Of a stretch of 64,000 nt of DNA, positions 1-8,540 are shown piece after piece (the stretch's first letter is position 1; each line of letters opens with the position of its first letter). The translations under genes were made by a program, and so were the position numbers. The stretch spans positions 3,662 through 67,661 of the forward strand of contig JAVVEJ010000007.1 in NCBI GenBank assembly GCA_032251395.1, written 5' to 3'. The DNA comes from Mariprofundaceae bacterium (GTDB lineage: Bacteria > Pseudomonadota > Zetaproteobacteria > Mariprofundales > Mariprofundaceae). A model generated the notes under the pieces. It was given only the letters and a program-made list of their open reading frames with translations, was not told where the DNA came from and did not search any database.

Positions 1-1
1 C

Positions 2-667
2 CATGAACTGCTCTGGTTTCTGAAAGGTGATACCAACACCGGATACCTGACTGAAAACGGCGTCTCGATCTGGAACGGGTGGGCCACGGAAGATGGCGAC
101 CTCGGCCCCGTTTACGGCTATCAGTGGCGCAACTGGCCAGCCCCGGACGGCAGGCACATCGATCAGATCTCCGAACTGATTGAGCAGATCAGGTCCAGGC
201 CCGACTCCCGCCGCCTGATTGTTTCAGCATGGAATGTCTCCGACCTGCCGGATGAATCGATCTCTCCGCAGGACAATGTAGCAAACGGCAAGATGGCGCT
301 GGCTCCATGCCATGCCTTTTTCCAGTTCTATGTGGCCGACGGCAAGCTCTCCTGCCAGCTCTATCAGAGAAGTGCGGATATCTTTCTCGGCGTACCGTTC
401 AACATTGCATCCTATGCCCTGCTTACCATGATGATTGCACAGGTGTGCGATCTTGAGCCGGGTGATTTTATCCACACCTTCGGCGATGCCCATCTCTACT
501 CCAACCATATGGAACAGGTAGCCACGCAACTGTCACGCAAGCCTTTCAAACTGCCGACCATGGTCATCAATCCGGAGGTGAAAAACATCTTCAACTTCAG
601 GTATGAGGATTTTGAACTCTCGGGCTATGAGAGTCATCCCGGCATACGGGCGCCGATTGCAATCTAG
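2..667 (+). CDS. thyA: thymidylate synthase, 5'-truncated by window edge
   Basis: The frame-2 ORF is open to the window start. Translation [12 protein letters not shown]...[12 protein letters not shown]...[15 protein letters not shown] matches ThyA, including the active-site Cys (PCH). Stop at 665..667. Confidence 0.9.
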   Translation, partial: HELLWFLKGDTNTGYLTENGVSIWNGWATEDGDLGPVYGYQWRNWPAPDGRHIDQISELIEQIRSRPDSRRLIVSAWNVSDLPDESISPQDNVANGKMALAPCHAFFQFYVADGKLSCQLYQRSADIFLGVPFNIASYALLTMMIAQVCDLEPGDFIHTFGDAHLYSNHMEQVATQLSRKPFKLPTMVINPEVKNIFNFRYEDFELSGYESHPGIRAPIAI

Positions 668-768
668 GCACAACCTGAAACACGGTTCGCCCATCTGCTA
701 TCTGTTCTGCTACAATGGGCATGAATACCTGCCCAACGACAGTAAATTCATGGGGAATGAATAGATAA

Positions 769-1899
769 ATGCCAAGCCGGATGGAGACCCTTCTTTCACT
801 GACAGCCCAGCTATCAAGCGAGCGGGATCTGGATCATCTGCTCGAGCAGATCATGGATGCCGTTACGCTGCTGCTTGATGCGGAGCGAAGCAGCCTGTTC
901 AGGCTGGACAGGGAGCAGGGTGTTCTCTGCTCCCAGATTGCACAGGGAATCAACATCGGGAAAATTGAGTTATTGCCCGGTGAAGGTGTGGCCGGCCATG
1001 TCGCCCGGAGCGGGGAACTGGTCAACATCAGCAACCTTGCTGAAGAGTCCGGGTTTGACAGCAGGGGCAGGCAATATAACGGCTTTGTTGTACACTCCAT
1101 GCTGTGCGCACCGATGAAGAACCCGCATGGCGAGGTGCTGGGTGTCATTCAGGCCATGAACAAGAAGTGTGGCAGATTCACAAAAAATGATGAGATGTTA
1201 TTTACTGCGCTGGCATCCCAGGCCTGTGTGGCCATTGAGAATGCCGAACTCTATATGAAGCTGCAGCAACATGCCGATTTGCTGCAGCAGCAGGTACTCG
1301 AGCGGACGCGGAAGATTCAGGAGAAGAATACCGAACTCAAAGCCCTGAACAGGGAGCTGGAGGCCCTTGCCGTTACCGATGGCCTGACCGGCGTTTACAA
1401 CCGACGCTATTTCAATCAGGCCATTGTACGGGAGTGCCAGCTGGCCCAACGCCACGGCCGGCCGACCTCACTGATCATGCTCGATATTGACCAGTTCAAA
1501 CAGATTAATGACCGCTATGGGCACCAAGCCGGCGATTACGTGATCATGGCACTTTCCGAAGTGCTCAGACATACCGTCCGCAACAGCGACATTCTGGCCC
1601 GGCCTGGTGGTGATGAGTTTACTGTTCTGTCGACTGTCGCCACTCTGGAGCAGGCCCGACTGCTTGCGGGCAGGCTAAGAAAAAATGTTGAGAAACATGC
1701 GTTTACCTATGCATCCGAGCCTGTTCCGGTCACCATCAGTCTAGGCGTAGCCGAATGGAATGACGGGATGGACACAGATGGTCTGGCACTGATCAAACAT
1801 GCAGATAATGCCCTCTACCGGGCCAAGAGCGAGGGTAGAAACCGGGTCTGTGTAGCTGGTGATCAACTGCGCCTGATCAGGAACAGCCCGGAAGGATAA
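769..1899 (+). CDS. GAF-domain diguanylate cyclase (GGDEF)
   Basis: 376-aa ORF with an N-terminal GAF-like region, a coiled linker and a C-terminal GGDEF domain. The motif is RNSDILARPGGDEF, i.e. an RxxD I-site 5 residues upstream of GGDEF. Confidence 0.85.
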   Translation: MPSRMETLLSLTAQLSSERDLDHLLEQIMDAVTLLLDAERSSLFRLDREQGVLCSQIAQGINIGKIELLPGEGVAGHVARSGELVNISNLAEESGFDSRGRQYNGFVVHSMLCAPMKNPHGEVLGVIQAMNKKCGRFTKNDEMLFTALASQACVAIENAELYMKLQQHADLLQQQVLERTRKIQEKNTELKALNRELEALAVTDGLTGVYNRRYFNQAIVRECQLAQRHGRPTSLIMLDIDQFKQINDRYGHQAGDYVIMALSEVLRHTVRNSDILARPGGDEFTVLSTVATLEQARLLAGRLRKNVEKHAFTYASEPVPVTISLGVAEWNDGMDTDGLALIKHADNALYRAKSEGRNRVCVAGDQLRLIRNSPEG

Positions 1900-1904
1900 A
1901 AAAA

Positions 1905-1927
1905 AGAGGCCCCGATCCGGGGCCTCT
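1905..1927 (-). terminator. rho-independent terminator between convergent genes
   Basis: A 10-bp stem (agaggccccg / cggggcctct) with loop atc. On the plus strand it is preceded by an A-run, which is a T-run after the hairpin on the minus strand. It lies downstream of the EF-hand gene and just after the GGDEF gene stop. Confidence 0.6.
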
Positions 1928-1950
1928 ACCATAGAGCAGAAAGTCTCTGT

Positions 1951-2310
1951 TTATTTACCTTTCATCGGGCTGTCCTGATTATAGGGACAATCCTCTTTCA
2001 TCGGGCAATCTTTCGATTTGGGACACTCATTTTTCAGTGGGCAAGCCTTTTTCCAGCTCTTGCGCTTCTCTTTCCAGCCCGCTTTCATCTCATCACTGGT
2101 TATCTGGCCATCGCTATTGGCATCCATCTTCGAGAAACGTTGTGCGGCCACCGCCGCATGCTCATCGGCAGTCACAACACCATCACCATTGGTATCCATT
2201 TTCTGAAAGTGGCCACCGGGTTTACCGCCACCCTTGCCGGGGCATGCCATCGCCGCGACCGGCATGGCCAGTGCTGCAATCAGCAGTGGAAGCATCAGCT
2301 TTTTTATCAT
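1951..2310 (-). CDS. secreted EF-hand calcium-binding protein with Cys-Pro repeat tail
   Basis: Signal peptide MIKKLMLPLLIAALAMPVAAMA. Two EF-hand loops (DTNGDGVVTADE, DANSDGQITSDE). The C-terminus has hexad repeats CPLKNE-CPKSKD-CPMKED-CPYNQD-SPMKGK. Confidence 0.7.
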   Translation of the reverse strand: MIKKLMLPLLIAALAMPVAAMACPGKGGGKPGGHFQKMDTNGDGVVTADEHAAVAAQRFSKMDANSDGQITSDEMKAGWKEKRKSWKKACPLKNECPKSKDCPMKEDCPYNQDSPMKGK

Positions 2311-2526
2311 CAGGAACTCCTTGTTATTGACTATGTGAAATTGGTTTTTGTACCCGTTGCCGGCAGGCTAGGGAGCGTCACATTAAATTTTCATTACAGT
2401 AGATCATGCCACAAATCAATGCAGCACCCGCCGGATGCTGCTCAGGGCCGCAGCTGTTATCAATCAATCCGGTCTCATTGTACGCGAACCGTTGCAAACT
2501 CTCCCGGGTTTCGCAAGCCTGTGCTG

Positions 2527-3024
2527 ATGACAACACTCTCTCTCATCTGGGCCATGGATAAAAACCGGCTGATTGGATCAGAGGGCCGGCTGCCCTGGAA
2601 ATTGCCGGCCGATATGCAGTGGTTCCGCAGGCAAACCATGGGCAAGCCGGTACTGATGGGGCGGAAAACCTATGCATCGATCGGTAAACCGCTCCCGGGA
2701 AGGGAGAATCTGATCATGACCCGCCAGCAGGAGCTGACCATTGAGGGGTGCCGTATCGTCCGCTCGCTTGATGAAGCCAGAGCCGCTGTGCCTGATGCTG
2801 ATGAGATCATGGTGATTGGCGGCTCGGAGATCTACAGCCTGCTGCTTCCCGATGCAGAGAAGCTCTACTGCACAGTGATTCATGACCTGTTCGAGGGAGA
2901 CGCATGGTTCCCGGAGTTTGATATGGGGGCGTGGCAGCAGACGCTCTGCGAATATCACGATGCTGATGAGCGGAACAGGCATGCATACAGCTTTATGATT
3001 TATGAACGCGTCAGTGGCAAATAA
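2527..3024 (+). CDS. folA: dihydrofolate reductase
   Basis: MTTLSLIWAMDKNRLIGSEGRLPWKLPADMQWFRRQTMGKPVLMGRKTY is a typical FolA N-terminus. ORF-track entry 2140..3024 is trimmed to the in-frame ATG at 2527 (165 aa). Confidence 0.85.
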   Translation: MTTLSLIWAMDKNRLIGSEGRLPWKLPADMQWFRRQTMGKPVLMGRKTYASIGKPLPGRENLIMTRQQELTIEGCRIVRSLDEARAAVPDADEIMVIGGSEIYSLLLPDAEKLYCTVIHDLFEGDAWFPEFDMGAWQQTLCEYHDADERNRHAYSFMIYERVSGK

Positions 3025-3625
3025 CGTCCGGGGCGTCCACATCTGGCTGCTCGCCATATTCATGGCAGTACTCACCTGGTCTGCCATTGCACCTTTTGAC
3101 TACACCATCTGGCTGCTGGAGATATTCCCTGCCCTGGTCGGAGTCGGTCTGCTCATCGCAACATTTGGCCGCTTCCGGTTCACCACCTTCGCCTACATCC
3201 TTATTCTTCTGCACTGCATGGTGCTTGCGGTCGGTGCCCACTACACCTATGGCGACATGCCGCTCTTTGAGTGGATTCAGCAGCAGTTTGACCTCTCCCG
3301 TAACCACTACGACCGCTTCGGTCATATCGCTCAGGGATTCTTCCCGGCCATTGTCGCGCGGGAGATACTTATTCGCCTCTCCCCGCTTGAGCCGGGAAAG
3401 TGGCTCTTTTTTATAGTCACCTCAATCTGCCTGGCCGTCAGCGCTCTCTATGAGATGGTCGAATGGTGGGTCGCCATCACCACAGGCAGTGCGGCAGATC
3501 TGTTTCTGGCAACCCAGGGTGACATATGGGATACGCAGTGGGATATGTTTCTGGCCCTGCTGGGCGCCATCGCGGCACAACTGATCTTTGCCAGCTATCA
3601 TAACCGGAAGATCGCTGCTCTCTGA
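3002..3625 (+). CDS. YjdF/DUF2238-like inner membrane protein
   Basis: Multi-TM 207-aa ORF. The motifs NHYDRFGHIAQGFFPAIVAREI and GDIWDTQWDMFLALLGA resemble the YjdF family as I recall it. It overlaps the folA end by 23 nt; an alternative start is Met at 3062. Confidence 0.6.
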   Translation: MNASVANNVRGVHIWLLAIFMAVLTWSAIAPFDYTIWLLEIFPALVGVGLLIATFGRFRFTTFAYILILLHCMVLAVGAHYTYGDMPLFEWIQQQFDLSRNHYDRFGHIAQGFFPAIVAREILIRLSPLEPGKWLFFIVTSICLAVSALYEMVEWWVAITTGSAADLFLATQGDIWDTQWDMFLALLGAIAAQLIFASYHNRKIAAL

Positions 3626-3841
3626 CCGGGAAGCTGACAGCCCTCTCTGCTGCACAGGGACGGGCTCCCATCAACGGTTGCAATCCCTTATCCAGCATAA
3701 AAAACGTATCACAGAAACGCTTAATCATGCTGTTCCCGTCAACAGCTCCGGACTGCTGTTGCCTGCCATGGGCACCCTTCATGCCAGTGCATTCGGCTTA
3801 CCGGTGTTATACCCTGATGATATCCCTGTTATGCTTGGCGC

Positions 3842-4783
3842 ATGCGAATTGTCCGATCCTGGGATGCACTGAAAGAGCACACCGAACTTCGTGGCGGAGC
3901 CATTACCTTAGGCAACTTTGATGGTGTCCATATGGGTCACCAGCAGGTGCTGGCGGAGCTGAAGGGACATGCACTGGCGGTGGGTGGCCCATCTATTGTT
4001 ATTACTTTTGAGCCTCACCCCCGTGCCGTGCTCTTCCCCGAGGAGGCGCCACGACGCCTGTGCCATCTGCATGAGAGGCTTGAACTTATCGGCAAGGCAG
4101 GCATTGATGCGGTGCTGCTGCTCCACTTCAATGAAGGGCTGGCAGGCTGGTCGGCCGAGAAATTTGTGCGGGCCCTGTATGACGCAGCCTGCCCCGGCCA
4201 TATTCATGTCGGTTACGATTTTGCCTTTGGCAAGGATCGTTCGGGCAATCCCGACGCCATTCGAAACATGGGTGACAAACTGAACTTTACAGTCAGTGAA
4301 GCCTCTGCATTTGAGATGCTTGGCGCCGTGGTCTCTTCGAGCCGGATCCGTTCGGCTATCGAGGCGGCTGATTTCACTCTGGCCGAAAGGCTACTGGGAC
4401 GCCCCTACTCCATCTCCGGACACGTCATGCATGGTGACAGGCGCGGGCGCAAGATCGGCTTTCCCACAGCCAATCTTGATGTTGCCGACCTCTCCCATCC
4501 TCCCGCCGGCATTTACGCGGTGCGTGCCCGCTGTGAAATAGGTGGCGGTGAAGAGCAGTGGAATGGCGCTGCCTATCTCGGATTCCGCCCGACTTTTCAG
4601 GGGCGCACGATGGTGCTGGAGACCCACATGCTTGATGTGGAACCGGATATCTACAACGAACGGCTCGAGATTCAGTTTGTGAAGCGGGTACGTGAAGACA
4701 GGGCCTTCAGATCGGCGGAGGAGCTGACTGAACAGATCGCCAGAGACTGTGCACAGGTAAGAAAAATTTTAGACGCGGATTAA
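3842..4783 (+). CDS. ribF: bifunctional riboflavin kinase / FMN adenylyltransferase
   Basis: 313 aa. GNFDGVHMGHQ nucleotidyltransferase motif and a C-terminal riboflavin kinase region (GFPTANL). Confidence 0.9.
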   Translation: MRIVRSWDALKEHTELRGGAITLGNFDGVHMGHQQVLAELKGHALAVGGPSIVITFEPHPRAVLFPEEAPRRLCHLHERLELIGKAGIDAVLLLHFNEGLAGWSAEKFVRALYDAACPGHIHVGYDFAFGKDRSGNPDAIRNMGDKLNFTVSEASAFEMLGAVVSSSRIRSAIEAADFTLAERLLGRPYSISGHVMHGDRRGRKIGFPTANLDVADLSHPPAGIYAVRARCEIGGGEEQWNGAAYLGFRPTFQGRTMVLETHMLDVEPDIYNERLEIQFVKRVREDRAFRSAEELTEQIARDCAQVRKILDAD

Positions 4784-4788
4784 CACGG

Positions 4789-5181
4789 ATGAATACAAAC
4801 GGCTTAAAGCATGGGCAAGTCACTGAACAGATTATTGAGACTGCTTATGAAGTGCATCATGCACTGGGCCACGGATTTCTGGAAAAGGTCTATGAAAATG
4901 CATTAGCATTACACCTTCGGCATAAAGGCCTGGATGTAGAACAACAGGCACCGATTGCTGTTCATTACATGGAACAACCGGTTGGTGCATATTTCGCAGA
5001 CCTGCTGGTTGATGGAAAGGTTATTGTCGAACTGAAAGCTGTAGATCGTATTCAGCCTGTCCATGAAGTGCAGTTAGTGAACTATTTGAAGGCCACCGGA
5101 ATTGAGGTTGGTCTGCTATTGAATTTTGGACAGAAGGTAGAGATTCGACGCAAAATATTTACACCTCGAATATCCGTGTAA
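4789..5181 (+). CDS. GxxExxY family protein (PD-(D/E)XK-like)
   Basis: 130 aa with the GHGFLEKVYENAL signature (GxxExxY) and ELKAV. It sits between ribF and ileS and is flanked by an 11-bp inverted repeat. Confidence 0.75.
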   Translation: MNTNGLKHGQVTEQIIETAYEVHHALGHGFLEKVYENALALHLRHKGLDVEQQAPIAVHYMEQPVGAYFADLLVDGKVIVELKAVDRIQPVHEVQLVNYLKATGIEVGLLLNFGQKVEIRRKIFTPRISV

Positions 5182-5221
5182 ATCTGTGTTCATCCGTGTC
5201 TAACTGGAATGGAGTTTTAAA

Positions 5222-8014
5222 TTGTCTGATCAGGAAAAGTTTGATTATCGTCCTACCGTCTTTCTTCCGAAGACCGATTTTCCCATGCGCGGCAGCCTGC
5301 CGCAGAGTGAGCCGAAACGGTTAGAGCAGTGGGAAGAGCAGGACCTTCACGGCAAGCTTCGCAAGGCGCGCAGGGATGCGCCGAAGTTCATTCTGCATGA
5401 CGGTCCGCCCTATGCGAACGGATCAATCCATATCGGCCATGCTGTCAACAAGGTACTGAAGGATATTGTAGTCCGCTCAAAGAGCATGCTCGGATTCGAT
5501 GCCCCATACGTTCCGGGATGGGACTGCCACGGCCTTCCGATCGAACTGAAGGTTGAAGAGAAGTTCAAAAAGAAGAAACGTAAAAAAGAGGATATTTCCG
5601 ATTCCGAATTCCGTGCCGAGTGCCGTGAATATGCCAGAGGCCAGATCGATGTGCAGCGCGAGGAGTTCAAACGCCTCGGCATCACCGGTGACTGGGAGAA
5701 TCCCTACATCACCATGGACTACGCCTTTGAAGCCAACACCGTGCGTGAAATCGGCCGTTTTCTTGAGAATGGCGGCCTCTACAAGGGTGCCAAGCCTGTT
5801 CACTGGTGTGTTTCGTGCGCGACTGCTCTGGCCGAAGCGGAGGTGGAATATGATGATCACACCTCCCACTCGATTTATGTGAAGTTTGCAGCTGGAGAAG
5901 ATCTTAGTGACATCGCACCTGAGTTAACCGGTGACTCTTTTGAACAGATATCCATTGTTATCTGGACAACCACGCCGTGGACCATTCCGGCCAACCTGGC
6001 TGTCTCTGTCGGGCCGGATATCGAATACTCGGCGGTGAAAATCAGTGCGGCCGGTGAAAACAGTAACCTGAAGGCTGGCGAAATTCTGATTCTGGCAGAA
6101 GAGCTGCGCAGCGACGTGATGAGTGCCATTGGTGCCTCCGGTGAAGTCGTAGCCCGTTTTGACGGCGCAAAACTGGATGGCCGCAGATTCCGTCACCCCT
6201 ATCTGGATCAGGATGCCCCGATCCTTGTCGGTGAGCATGTAACACTGGAAGCCGGTACCGGCTCGGTTCACACCGCGCCCGGCCACGGTCAGGAAGATTA
6301 CGAGATCGGCATGAAGTACGGCCTCAAGGCTTTCAATCCTGTCGGTGATACCGGCGTGTTTGATGAGGCCACACCGGTGGTCGCCGGTCGGCATGTCTAT
6401 CAGGCCAATGCCATTGTCATTGAGCATCTGCAGGCCTGCGGCGCGCTGCTGGAGACCAGTGAAATCAGGCACTCCTACCCGCACTGCTGGCGTTGCCACA
6501 AGCCGTTGATTTTCCGTGCCACACCGCAGTGGTTCATCTCCATGGAGAAGAACGGGCTGCGCGAAAAGGCGCTGGCGGAAATCAGGAAAACTGTCTGGAC
6601 GCCGGAGTGGGGCGAGAACCGAATCCGTGGCATGGTGGAGACGCGTCCGGACTGGTGCGTTTCACGCCAGCGCAACTGGGGTGTTCCGATCACGGCGATC
6701 AAATGCAGCACATGTAACACCCACAATGTGACTACACCTGCGATTGTTGAGGCCATCGCCGGACAGGTTGAAGCCGGTGGTGCGGATATCTGGTTTGCCA
6801 AAGACGTTTCCGCATTCCTGCCTGCGGGTTCAAGCTGCCCTGATTGCGGCGGCACAACATTTGAGAAAGAGACCGATATTCTGGATGTCTGGTTTGATTC
6901 AGGCAGTACGCATGCGTGTGTGCTGGAGAGGCGTGATGAGCTGGGCAGCCCGGCCGATCTCTATCTTGAGGGGAGTGATCAGCATCGCGGCTGGTTCCAG
7001 TCCTCGCTGCTGGAGAGTGTCGGCACCCGTGGTGTGGCCCCCTTCAGGGGCGTGCTGACCCACGGCTTTGTGGTTGATAAAAACGGCAACAAAATGTCCA
7101 AATCCAGGGGCAATGTCATCGCACCGCAGAAGATCATCCAGCAGATGGGTGCGGATATCCTGCGCCTCTGGGTGGCATCTTCCGACTACTCGGCCGATAT
7201 CCGTATCTCCGATGAGATTCTGAAGCAGCTGGCCGAATCCTACCGCCGCATCCGCAACACCATCCGCTTCCTGCTCGGTAATCTGGATGGTTTTGAGCCC
7301 GGGCGCGACGGGGTTGCAGTCGCCGAACGACAGCCGCTGGACCAGTGGGCTTCGCACCGACTCTCTGAGCTTGAACAGAGTGTGCATGATGCCTTTGAAA
7401 CCTATCAGTTCCACCGCATTCATCAGGAGATTCACAACTTCTGTTCGGTTGAGCTGGGCGGCTTCTATCTGGATGTAATCAAGGATCGTCTCTACTGCGA
7501 TGGCGCTGACTCCGCCCGCCGTGCATCCGCCCGGGCAACGCTGTTTGATATTGCAGATACGCTGATCCGCCTGATCGCACCGATCCTGCCATTCACGGCC
7601 GAAGAGGCGTGGGAGTTCCTGCCCGGTTCAGCAAGCCAGAGCATTCATTTGCAGACCTTCCATCCGGTTGCTGATATTGCAGTCGATGAGAGCGGCTGGG
7701 ATCAGTTCTTTGACCTCCGGGAACAGGTGAACACCGCACTTGATCAGGCCAAAAAAGATAAAGTGGTCGGTTCATCCATTGCTGCTTCCGTCACGGTGCC
7801 AGGACTGGACGCCACATTTGCCGCGAAACTGAATGAGAGCTATGAGCAGCTCTTTATTGTCGCCAGGGTAGAAGATGGCGCCAACGTGACCGTACGCGCT
7901 GCAGATGGCGTGAAGTGCCCACGCTGCTGGAATGTGGCACAGCCGGCTGATCCGGCCCATGCAACTCACAACGAGCTCTGCCCGCGCTGCCTTGAGGTTG
8001 TGACCGCTTCGTGA
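5222..8014 (+). CDS. ileS: isoleucine--tRNA ligase
   Basis: 930 aa with a TTG start preceded by GGAG. HIGH (SIHIGHA) and KMSKS motifs, plus a C-terminal Zn-finger with two Cys pairs (CPRC...CPRC). Confidence 0.95.
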   Translation: MSDQEKFDYRPTVFLPKTDFPMRGSLPQSEPKRLEQWEEQDLHGKLRKARRDAPKFILHDGPPYANGSIHIGHAVNKVLKDIVVRSKSMLGFDAPYVPGWDCHGLPIELKVEEKFKKKKRKKEDISDSEFRAECREYARGQIDVQREEFKRLGITGDWENPYITMDYAFEANTVREIGRFLENGGLYKGAKPVHWCVSCATALAEAEVEYDDHTSHSIYVKFAAGEDLSDIAPELTGDSFEQISIVIWTTTPWTIPANLAVSVGPDIEYSAVKISAAGENSNLKAGEILILAEELRSDVMSAIGASGEVVARFDGAKLDGRRFRHPYLDQDAPILVGEHVTLEAGTGSVHTAPGHGQEDYEIGMKYGLKAFNPVGDTGVFDEATPVVAGRHVYQANAIVIEHLQACGALLETSEIRHSYPHCWRCHKPLIFRATPQWFISMEKNGLREKALAEIRKTVWTPEWGENRIRGMVETRPDWCVSRQRNWGVPITAIKCSTCNTHNVTTPAIVEAIAGQVEAGGADIWFAKDVSAFLPAGSSCPDCGGTTFEKETDILDVWFDSGSTHACVLERRDELGSPADLYLEGSDQHRGWFQSSLLESVGTRGVAPFRGVLTHGFVVDKNGNKMSKSRGNVIAPQKIIQQMGADILRLWVASSDYSADIRISDEILKQLAESYRRIRNTIRFLLGNLDGFEPGRDGVAVAERQPLDQWASHRLSELEQSVHDAFETYQFHRIHQEIHNFCSVELGGFYLDVIKDRLYCDGADSARRASARATLFDIADTLIRLIAPILPFTAEEAWEFLPGSASQSIHLQTFHPVADIAVDESGWDQFFDLREQVNTALDQAKKDKVVGSSIAASVTVPGLDATFAAKLNESYEQLFIVARVEDGANVTVRAADGVKCPRCWNVAQPADPAHATHNELCPRCLEVVTAS

Positions 8015-8493
8015 ACAGGCGTGTACAGCTGCAGATCGCACTGTTTGCACTGCTGCTGACAGCCGATCAGCTGAGCAAATGGTGGATTGAACAGCAGCTG
8101 CCGTTCTTTCATTACACGGTGATTCCGGGCTTCTTCGAGATCGTCAGGGCACACAACTTCGGTGTCGCCTTCTCGATGTTTGCCGACTGGGATTCGGCAT
8201 GGCGAACCAACTCACTGCTGGGTGTGACCATCGGCATTGCCCTTGTGGTATCGATCTGGTGGTGGCGGGAGAGAAACAAACGCGGAGTGGAGCCGTGGCT
8301 GCTGATCCTGATTCTGACCGGTGCGGTCGGAAACATCTGGGATCGCATGCAGCTGGGTTATGTGGTTGATTTTATCGACTGGTACGTCCGTATCGACGGA
8401 ACCGAATATCACTGGCCCGCCTTCAATATCGCCGATGCCTGTATCTCCGTTTCCGTTGTCCTGCTGCTGATCACCAGCTTCAGAAAGGGCTAA
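8011..8493 (+). CDS. lspA: lipoprotein signal peptidase II
   Basis: 160-aa multi-TM ORF. Its GTG start overlaps the ileS stop (GTGA). The conserved ileS-lspA arrangement is present, with motifs GNIWDR and FNIAD. Confidence 0.9.
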   Translation: MNRRVQLQIALFALLLTADQLSKWWIEQQLPFFHYTVIPGFFEIVRAHNFGVAFSMFADWDSAWRTNSLLGVTIGIALVVSIWWWRERNKRGVEPWLLILILTGAVGNIWDRMQLGYVVDFIDWYVRIDGTEYHWPAFNIADACISVSVVLLLITSFRKG

Positions 8494-8540
8494 CCAAAAA
8501 AACTCCCCGCATGTCTGCTCCTTTAATCGGGCGTTTTATT

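Noticed and set aside
2140-2526. N-terminal 129-codon extension of the folA ORF
   Set aside because: The extension overlaps the EF-hand gene on the other strand and the intergenic promoter region. The DHFR homology begins at Met 2527.
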